Assembly: GCF_001194135.2 (NCBI RefSeq)
Contig: NC_068990.1
Location: forward strand, 85,142,556-85,206,555
Length of the DNA stretch: 64,000 nucleotides
Source of the DNA: Octopus bimaculoides
Lineage: Eukaryota
Direction: 5' to 3'
Part shown: positions 10,320 through 21,865 of the stretch, one piece after another
Layout of the letters: every line of letters starts with the position of its first letter
Numbering within the stretch: position 1 is the first letter of the stretch
Position numbers and translations under genes: made by a program
Notes under the pieces: generated by a model
Database searches by the model: none
What the model was told of the DNA's origin: nothing
What the model saw: only the letters and a program-made list of their open reading frames with translations

Positions 10320-13300
10320 GACCAGGACTTACAAATATATATAATATACAGAAAATTGCACTACTGGGCACTGCACACATCCTATGCAAAACACTTTCAA
10401 TACAGTAACCATAAGAGCATCACAGCAAACCATAGCACATACCCAAGGCACACAGAGCTGCGCTCGGTAGTGCAGTGAAAGCATGTTATAATAAACATTG
10501 AAAAATACCTTAAGAATGAGAACCCAGGTTTGAAATTTCCCCAAGACACCTGATGAAGGCTGGAGGGTATATCAGCCGAAACGTTGTGTTAACAACAAAC
10601 AAGATGACAAATGTAAATAATGTAAATAATGATCTGATAAAGTGTTAAAAGAAATTGAAAATAGTCAGAGTGACCTCATTTCTGACCCTTACTTCACCAT
10701 TCTATTCAGGGATGAGTATCAAAAATGTTATATTGCTTTTTGCATTCCTGATCACTACCAAACTTACTGATGCCACATAATCACACATAAGGTGTCAAAG
10801 GAATTGTCTGTATTTAGTTTGCATTTATAGTGTACCTATAAATTCATTTTTGAAATATAAACATGAATCCTGCCTACAAAGTGTACAAAAAGGAATTCAG
10901 TCCATCATAAAATATTTTCAGAATGTTTTCAGTTTAAAGCAGGATAATTTTAGCAAAGAAAGTGTTTTCTATAAGGGAAAAATTCCATGAAATATTTAAA
11001 GGATTTTAGATAGAATTAAATTTCAAATATGGTGTAGTAGTTAAAAGCGCAAGCTATTAACCCCAAGATTCTGAGTTCAATTCCAGGCAGTGAACTGAAT
11101 AATAATTATAATAACAGTAATAATAATATCGAAAAATACCTTAGGAATGAGAACCCAGGTTTGAAATTTCCCCAAGATACCTGATAAAGGCTGGAGGGTA
11201 TATCAGCCAAAACATTGTGTTAACAACAAACAAGATGAGAACAAATATCTGTCAAATGTAAATAATGTAAATAATGTACATAATTCCTCATCTCTTAAAT
11301 ATAAAACTGTACTTTAATGAAATTAAACTTTCTTACCATCTTGGAAGGTAGGATGTCCTAGATAAATATCTCTACATGAAACTGCTGGATTTTCTTTTGT
11401 TCCTTTCGGATACTTGAAATTTTTGATTTCTTCTGCAAGCTCATCAATTTCTTCAAACATTTTATTAACCACATCCTCAAGACCTTCCTTGATGGTTATC
11501 TTCTGGTTGGCCATTTCCTTAATTATTCCTTCTACTTGTTTCAATCCATCAATGGTTTCATTGTCATCATCCTCATCAACTTCTTTACTATCAAGTGATC
11601 GCTTCTTCCTCTTCTTCTTCTTCTTTCTCTTCTGGTGTCTTGGTCTGCCACCCAAGTAGTCAAGAGGAATGGCCTGAGCTTCTCCAGGAGCTCCTGCTGG
11701 TCCTGCTGGTCCCTAGGCAAATCAAGAGTCACCAGTTTTAAAGTACATGATACAAATATAAATAGCCTCCACCTGTGGTCATTAGTAGACTTATTATAGA
11801 AAACCTTTCACACAGTACCTTTAACCCTTCTGATACCAACTTTCCTGAGACTACCCTGTATTAAAGTGTTCTAAATTTAAGCCTTCCATGAAAATTTCAT
11901 GTTAATCTCTGTTCTGAACACTTGCTTAATAATAAACAAATTTAGCTTACATGATTCTTCATTGTTCTTAAAAATAATAAAAACAATTGAAATATAGTAA
12001 CAAAAAAGTTAACAAGATGATATCATGGTAAATTCTCCTCCTCTTGTATTCTTGGGACTCTTATAGAAGAAAAGATCTCACATAGTAACTCCAAGTAAAT
12101 GACATTACTATAAAGCGATAACCTACAGGTGGGTTTCTAGTGGACCCTATTAAGGTAAAATTCTTATACAGAAACTTTAAAAGATGATAACTTAATTGAA
12201 TTTTATGCCACTTAAACAATGAAAACATCAGCTTCCAGAGTTGTTACTAGAAAATATCAATTTTGAGATTCACATCTAAAACTGTAGCCTTGTTATCATT
12301 ATTCAAAACTATTTATTCCATTAATATGCATAATTTCACTGCATTTCTATCAAAAACCAATAAGCAGAGGAAGGAGATTGATTAACCAATAAAGAAGGTT
12401 TGCATTACAGTCATCACTGACTGAAATTGTGGCAGCTAAGTATTATTTTGTGTTTATAAGCCATTTAAAATAACACATAAAAACCATTAGATTTACTTCA
12501 ACATTTAAATTTAATTTGTCAAAATATTTTCGTCGCTTTGAATGTTGAAGTGAATCTAACGGGTTTTTGTGTGTTATTTTAAATGGCTTATAGACACCTT
12601 CCACACTGCAATTGTTTTCGTTCCAGCACACAATCTCAGATTAGGTCGCTTGCTATGCAAGTACATCTTCGTAATATTTTGTTTGTTGATCTGAAAATTA
12701 GCCTATTTTCTATGTACAGTAATGGTTATTAGATTTCCTTTGGTCACCAGCAATGTGAACCAGATCAAATAAAGGAGCCTCTAGTAGTCATTTGATCTGT
12801 TAGAAATAACAGTCAAATCTTTCTCAAATCACCCACAACATAGTTAAGAATAAAAAAAACTGCATATAGTCTTACTCGTAGACACCCTTAAAAAGTGGGC
12901 TGATTATAGCTGAAATGCATTTCATCATAGGTCCTTTCAGCCATAACTGATCTGGGATTAAATCAAGAACCCTAATACCAACAAATACCTAAACACTAAA
13001 ACCCCATTTTTTATTCCCTTAATCTGTTAGATATTTGCTTGTCCAGGAAATGAATAAATAATGGCTTCAATCCAGCGTTCTTTATGGAGGTTATTTCTTG
13101 TTCATTTTAACAGTTAATATTATACTTACAGTATGTCCTTGTTCTCCTTTGGGTCCAGTCATTCCCTATAAAATAAGGCAAAAAAGAAATATTGAATTGT
13201 ATTGTATTCTTAATAATTGTTTAAAAAGTAAACATGAAGGAAAATAATGAACATTTTATTCATGAAAACCCCCCAAGAATTTTAAGGTTTGCTAAAGAAG

Positions 13301-15705
13301 TGTTAGAATTTATTTCATTAATTAAAGAATCTAGAACATTTCTGACAATTTCTATATTTTCAGATTGTAGGTGACTTACATATTAGATACTCTGCAGCAA
13401 TTTAGCTATTTTCTAGTGAAAACTGTTATTCTACCATTTTACAGAAGTGTTCCAATTCTGAATTCCTTTGTAACTGCTATAAAGGCTACAATATTGAAAA
13501 ATAAACCCACAAAAGAGTCCCTATATAGATGCTCAATCTGCTAGAAAAGCAGTTAAATCTTTTTTATATCCTACCCAATAGTCTTCAATAAGGAAGGTCA
13601 TATTTAAAGATATAATCCTAGATAATTCTAGAACAACAAGATAGTCAAGGCGAAAATGTCTTTGATCCCAGATCTACTCAATCTGGCTTGGCATGGAGTT
13701 ACACAATAACTACAGTATTATTGTAGAAAAAGAGGGAACCTCTATGTGTTTGTTAAACCTGCAAGGAATAGCAAACAAATATCTCTCATATCATGTCCTT
13801 CTACCTCAATCCCGTCATGCCATATTCCCACTATTGTGGGAAGAGATTGAATATCATCTTTGCTAGATTCCTGGTAAAACAGTAATGAATGGCACATATA
13901 GAAAAAGAAGATGCAGCCAATTTTGTCCATTAGTTTGCTTGCAACCGTTACTTTTGAGCTGTATATGCAACTATTTATTTAATTTTTGGTCAGGAGGTCC
14001 AAATGGAGGGTACATTAAGACACAACAGCCCAGGTCTGAGTGAGTGAAAAAGGGAATGAAATAATGACTAATGTTATACTAGATTTATAAATACGACAGA
14101 ATAGCTGTGTGGCCATTGTTGAAATGCCTTTGATTACAGGTCTACTTCAATAAAACTGACCTGGAGCTAAACGACACGATGACGTTCTCCACCAGATTTC
14201 AGAATATGGGAAACTACATTAACATGATGACCTTTTTCTAGATCTTTCTACTCACCAACAAACAGTTTTACAAATTTTACCTTATTACTTTTTATGTCTT
14301 GGCCTTTCTTTGTTGTGGTTGCATTTAACTGTTCACCTTGATCTTGGGACATCATTAACAGCATTGATCTCAACACCTATTTTTACCTCTATTCATTAGC
14401 CCAGAGGAACTGAAACAGCTACAGGCATTACTTCCAGTGACTAATGGATGGAAAACAAATCCTCCAACAAAAACAAAGAATATCAAATAAATCTGTCTCA
14501 ACATTCACAGCAAATGTTCTGGCAGAAACATTTGATTCTCTGAGATAATTATTAGCAAAATCATACTTACACTTTCTCCTTTAGGTCCTGGTGGTCCTTC
14601 CAATCCCTGAGAGGCAAAAAAATGATATATTTAAACATTTTAGTATAGAATTTATACATATCCAAGTGCCTGAAACCAAAAACTGATATTGTAAAACAGA
14701 ACATTTAATATACACTTTAGATAATCTTTTTTTTTGTTCTTTTTAACAACAAAGGTTTATTACAATAGGCACCAAATCAGCTCGTTAAAGCAACAAACTG
14801 GGTCTACAAACTTGATTTTGATATGTTACTATGGTACAAACATGTAGGAATTATTTGAAAGTTCCCCTCCGAGGCACAAGTCTGGGCAAGGTTGTTTATG
14901 GAAGACCAGCAGTTGTCCATGCATACCAGCCTCCCCTCTCCACGCCACTGATGTTATCCAAGGGAAAGGCAAAGGCCGATACAGTTTGGCACCAGTGACG
15001 TCGCAACTCATTTCTACAGCTGAGTTAACTGGAGCAACGTGAAATAAAGTGTCTTGCTCAAGAACACAACACGCAGCCCAGCCCAGGATTCAAACTCACA
15101 ACCTCACAGTCGTAAGTTCGACGTTCTAACCACTGAGCCATGCATCTTCACAACGTATATATATATATATATATATATATGTACATATTTACATAGGTAC
15201 ACAAACACACATATGCAACCATATGGTATAGTATTTGTGTGTCATACAAATCCCTTGCCTATTTTCCTAGTAATTATTCTTATGTGTGCATTTATGTATG
15301 TGTCTGTGTGCAGGTTTCTGTGTATGTATGTGTGCAACTTTGCATGTATACTGGTGCATACTATCACTTATGTACTAGTTCTAGTGACTATGTTCTATTA
15401 TCTCATAAGAGGTACCAAGATAGAAAAATGTGTTTTATCAGTACAGTAAAATTAATGTAATGCTTACCTGTGGTCCAGGTGGTCCATCTGCTCCTGGTGG
15501 TCCTTCAGGTCCAGGTGGTCCCTATAATTGTAAAAAGGTAAAAAAAAAAATGATAATGAATTGATTATAGAGTATGAGAGAGTGGAGTAAAAAAAAATCT
15601 TAAATAAACTGAAGCCCTTCTGAAGTTGAAAGACAGATAAATCTAGTTTCTAATAATATTCAGTAAATGTATCTCTCTATTAATACTGTACTGCAGCAAG
15701 CTTTT

Positions 15706-15749
<44 letters not shown>

Positions 15750-18376
15750 GAAATTGAAGTCGCATAGCAAGTCAATGAAACTCTCCTTGATTCCATCATG
15801 TTTCTGCTGCTTATTATGCTAAGTCATGTCATTCAGCACATGCTGATCCTACATTATGTAAAGAAAGTTGTTATAAATGACAAATAAACTACTAATTATT
15901 TTCTTAAGCTCCAAAGTGCTTGAGCTATTAATACACATATACATATTAGAATTAAGAACAAGTGAGATAAATCTCTCTTTGTATAGGATCTACTTCAGAG
16001 ATTTTCCCTGTCAATGAAATGAAACTCAACACTACAAGCCAATAAAATAGTTGATAATTCCATAGCGATGCCACTGCTTCTCAATTTCGATTGGTGGATT
16101 TGACTGTTGCATTGGCTCTAAGCACATTATACTTTCTACGATAGTTTATTATTTATTAACCTCTTACTCTGTATTATAAATTGGAATATAATATTTAAAC
16201 GCTTACCATTGGTCCTTTGCTTCCTCTCTTTCCAGCTCTGCCTCTCTTTCCTGGTTCTCCTTTGGGTCCGATAGGTCCTGGTGATCCTAAATCTCCAATT
16301 TGTCCTTGATGACCCTAAATTAGAACACTTAATTAGATTATCATTAGAACTGGCACATGTCTTTTATGTCAAACATAATCTGCAGCATTTGAAAAGGGAG
16401 AATAGATGTGAGTCACTTCAGCAACGGTTAGTTGTAGATGTAGAACAGAAATATGGACTAAGACATAAGGGAGTTTTATTAATGATGTTAGAGAGACGAG
16501 AAATAATTCTTATTCAGTTTAAGTCACCATTCTATCAGAGATAACATTCCCAAATGATTTGGATCCTATTTACACTGGAGTGGCTGTGTGGTAAGTGCCT
16601 TGCTTACCAACCACATGGTTCCGGGTTCCATCCCACTGCGTGGCACCTTGGGCAAGTGTCTTCTGCTATAGCCTCGGGCTGACTAAAGCCTTGTGAGTGG
16701 ATTTGGTAGACAGAAACTGAAAGAAGCCCGTCGTATATATATATATATATATATATATATATNNNNNNNNNNNNNNNNNNNNNNNNNNNNNNNNNNNNNN
16801 NNNNNNNNNNNNNNNNNNNNNNNTATGTGTGTGTTTGTGTGTCTGTGCTTGTCCCCCACTCCCCAACATCGCATGACAACCAATGCTGGTGTGCTTACAT
16901 CCCCGTAACTTAGCGGTTCGGCAAAAGAGACCGATAGAATAAGTACTAGGCTTACAAAGAATAAGTCCTAGGGTCGATTTGCTCAACTAAAGGTGATGCT
17001 CCAGCATGGCCGCAGTCAAATGACTGAAACAAGTAAAAGAGTAAAAGAGTATTGTCTGAATGAAATGAGTTAAAAGGAAATAGACAGTTCTGATTAGAAG
17101 CTGTATAATATCTGCAGCAGTTCTGAATTTGAGATCCAGGAACATGCACACTAATATCACATCTATAGTTCGATATCTTGCCTCTACTATAGATTCAATT
17201 CATAAAAGGTTAAACTTTGGAATGTGGCATGAACAGGTTCATGCTATTTTATTAGCATTATCCTGTGTTTGAGAATAAAATTATTTCCTTATCTGTATCT
17301 TTCAATACATCCCAACGCTTCTAAAGCAAACTTTGTTTGTTGACTTTCAATCTAAGTTGAATTTAACATTGGAATATGCAATGTATATGAAAAAGGAAAC
17401 ACATGCACATTTATGGCTTTCATTGCTGTCTTTCTTTACTTGACATATAACTGTTTTTTTTGTCTTCTGTTTTACTATTTTCCCAACAAGATGTAATGCA
17501 CTTAAGCACTGTATGCAATAAACTCCTTATTATTTAACATCTAGGCTTGCATGTCCACTAAAACCTAGCTAATGTCTAGTTACTATACCACATCATGGAG
17601 AATAAAACATAAATTATTGACCCTGTTGTTAGTAATTTGATATCCAATCAATTGCACCAACTTCAAATTTCTTTTCATTGTGTTAATATAAAGTTTCTTT
17701 TCTTACCCAATACCAAATTACTTGTTTTTAAAAACTAGAATCATAAGCATATAACTGAATTATTTAAACATATTAGGGTTTCTTTTTAAATTAACACAAT
17801 ATATGTGATAGAAGGGAAGAAGAGATTGGGCCTTATACAGAGGAGAACTGGGAATTTCTGTGAGTAGGCCTATAACCAGCAGCAGATGAGATTTATGGCT
17901 GGTGAAAGGTTCTAGCTAAATGGAAGGTGACATGGTGGTTGAATAGCATGTGAGATAGAGATAATAAAAGATAAAAGAGAAGAGTGTAAACATTAGAAGA
18001 AAACTAGAGAAGTTAGGTGTTAGGCATTCTTAGCAAAGGTGAGAAGCTAAAAGTAATTCTTTGATGAGAGAAGAATTAGAAATATGAGATGTTTTAAATC
18101 GCAAAACAATGTACAAAGAGGATTTGAACGTCATTGGAGAGAAATGCATACAACATGACAGTAGCACTTATGATCTCACTGACGCTGAGAAGAGAAAGAG
18201 ATGTGGAAATACTTCTATGAGACGTTGTTGGATTAAAAGAATGCATAGCAAGAGGGAGGGAGGGAGAGAGAGAGAGAGAAAGATAGAGAGAGAGAAAGAA
18301 AGAGAAAGAAAGAGAGAGAGAGAGAGAGAGAGAGNNNNNNNNNNNNNNNNNNNNNNNNNNNNNNNNNNNNNNNNNN

Positions 18377-18418
<42 letters not shown>

Positions 18419-19989
18419 ATGCTCCAAATAGACCCAATAATGGGACCAGCCAGTGAAGTTGACAGCAGTATGGTCAAAAGCACGAATATGGATATGAAGG
18501 CAGAAAAGGCAGCTGGAACATCAGGGACAGTCGTTGAGATGCTGAAAATATATGGTGAGGTAGGTCACATATTAAACATTTGCATATTCAGTCATATAGT
18601 ACAGGGAGGTGTTGTACACAATGATTGATGTAAGAGTGTCATCTCCAATTGTTGCAAGGGTCAAAGAGATGTTCTGGTGTAGTGGTTCCCCACATTTTTT
18701 CTTTTAATGTTCTGCACCTCTCAGAAATGTTTGATTCATTTGTGCACCTTCTAACAAAAGTATTATCATAGGGAAATGAAAATTACCTAATTTATTTCTT
18801 TTTAAATCGAACCGCACACTGTACTGTGGGTTAAATTGAACTAAAAGAAAATGTGAACTGAGAAATTAGGAAAAGCTTCACACAATGAAATCAATCATAA
18901 TTTTTAACAGAAAATGCAATGACTTGTTTGTTCCTGTTTCTTGTTCATGCTTTTATTAAAACATGGAATTGTTTTGTTGATCGTGATCTTCAGCTCTGCT
19001 TTGTGGATTCAGGTGATTCCTAGCTTTTGTCTTCATTAGAACTGAATCCAGATTCACAACAATATGACATTGTGAATAGAATAGAACAAAGTTCTTTATC
19101 ATAATCACTTAAGGATTAACTCTACATCTATAGAATAACAACATTTTTGGTGTTTTTAATAAGATAATGTTATTTTATCAAGAGATAATTAATTTTATTC
19201 TGAAAAGCAATTTTAATGATGTATATACTTTCTCTCTTGAAGCAAACCCTGAAATATCTCATGCCCCCAGTAGGTGCATGATGGCATTTCAAGGAATACA
19301 ACCAAAAGAAAATGTATATTTTATACCTAAATGGCTTTGATATGGCCAGTAAGACTCTAGGCTTCCTCCAGGCCATAACAGAGCTGCTTATGTCAATGAT
19401 CTAAGTTCTTATGATTTGGAATACCTGCACTGGAAAGTGGCAAGTACAGAAGTATTAAACTGATGGACCAGATCATGAAAGAGTGCAACTGGTTAGAAAG
19501 AAAAATGAGATGCAGTTCAGGTTTGTGTTGGGACAAGATACCATCAATAGCCTTTTCCCAGTGAGACAACTGCAAGCACTTTGCTAGAAGTAAGCCGCTA
19601 TGTTTGAACATTCATTGACTCAGAGAGGGACTATGACAGAATGTCACGTTCTGTAATCTGGCGATTGCAAAGAAACTTAAAGGTAGATGAATGGTTTTTA
19701 TGCTAAAGACCTCATGGTTGGCTCTCTGTCAATAGTTTATAAATGAATTTTTAAATTTAGAAACAAAGCTTAGAATGATGAGGTCTATGTATAAAGTTGA
19801 TATAAATTTTCATAATATAATTTTTAACAAAGGAATATTAGTCATATATTTATATAATCTCTATACTGGATAAACAAGTTTCTTTATACTAACATTTTCA
19901 ATATATTAAGCAATTATTTCACACACTTATATTTATCTCACTCTAGCTGGTGATAATATGAGTAATTTACTTGTCTTTCACCTAACACG

Positions 19990-20050
<61 letters not shown>

Positions 20051-21786
20051 TATATTTATCAATTACACATTAGCCCAATTTGCTTTAGAAAAGTGATACT
20101 ATCTTTCTTTTTATGCTATATTTGAGTTAAGATTTGAATCCCACATATCAGGACAACGAACACTTGGCCTCTAATATATGTGAGGCACAGAGCTGTGCCT
20201 CCACACTGTAACCTATATACGGTTGTATATTAGAAATGAATGCATCTTGCTATAAATACAGTGAAACACTAGTGACATGATTTCAATTCCTCCAAGAGTT
20301 TGGGAAGATAGGAAAATACTCCACCAGGCGGCTACTTGTGATTCTTTAAAAGAACTAAAACTCCATATGTACCTTGGCACCTTTCACTCCGGAGTCTCCT
20401 TTAAGTCCTGCTGGGCCTCTGGGTCCCTGAAAAGTAAAGAATGAACAGGTTAGTAGAATATAAGGATATAAATATGACATAGAAACCAAAACAAAATATG
20501 TGTGTGTGTATGTATGTTGATATATATATATATATAGGTAATATCCAGGGATCCATGTTTGTNNNNNNNNNNACGATGATGATGATGATGATGATATATA
20601 TATATATATAAGTGGTAACCTTATGAAGCATGTTCAGTTTCCCACCTGCGTAGGATCGATGCAGGATGGATTGAAACAATCATTGTGAGTAATAAAGTTT
20701 GTCATATATTCCATTTTCCATGTCTATCGTTTGTTTTATATATATATACTTCCCCACACAACACACATAAACATATACATATAACATATGTTGTACACCT
20801 GACAAGATATATCTGCAGTGCCGGATGTTCCTGAACCAGTTGTTGAGTGTTCCACCCATGAAAGATTAATGCTTGATGGGTCAAAACAATTGTTGCGATT
20901 AATAATAATAAATTCTCCTATATTCCATCTTCCACCTTTTATTTGCCACACACACACACACACACACACATATTAGTATTTAGCAGAAGTAGTAGAGTGG
21001 CTCAAGGTCTGAGAGTTTTGGGCATTGCCACCCCACCTAACAAACTATAAATATATCTACACACACATATATACATATATGTATAATATATGTGATGGTT
21101 GTACACTCATGACCGAGGAAGACGATCACTGACCATTAAGAACATTGTGCACACAGACAACTTTATACTTTACATTTATGGTTTCAATGGTGACTAATGA
21201 GCCCAGTTTTTAATGAACAAATACATCCACAGATATTGTCAAGCAAGCTCCCCACTACACACACACATTATTTGTTTCTATTTTCTAATCAGTAGAAAGT
21301 TACAAAAATCAAGAATTTCACACACACCACTTTGATCATTAGAGTATTTAATAGGCAAACAAATAGACATACTATTATGTCCTTCAATTTAAAAGTCAGT
21401 GACCAAAGCTGGCCCCTTGAATTACTAGCACAGGCCATGAAAAGGGCTTCTATAGAGCTTCTGTGTATCCAATTTTAGTTGCAGTCCTGAATGAAGAAAT
21501 CCACATGTAATGTCATTGAATCCAGGACCATGTAATTATAAAGTAAACTTCTTATTGTTTGCCCTATTAATAAAATGTATATTTATATATTTTTATGCAC
21601 ATGATCTCCCATACTTACTGGCAATCCTTTCATTCCAGGTTCACCTGCTGGTCCAATAGGTCCACTCTCACCCTAGAAAAATACAAAATAAAAAATACAT
21701 ATTTATTGTGGTAAAACAGTATTATTATGATAACATACAAATTACAAGGGAAGTATATTTACATTTATATACGTATATCATTTCCG

Positions 21787-21865
<79 letters not shown>

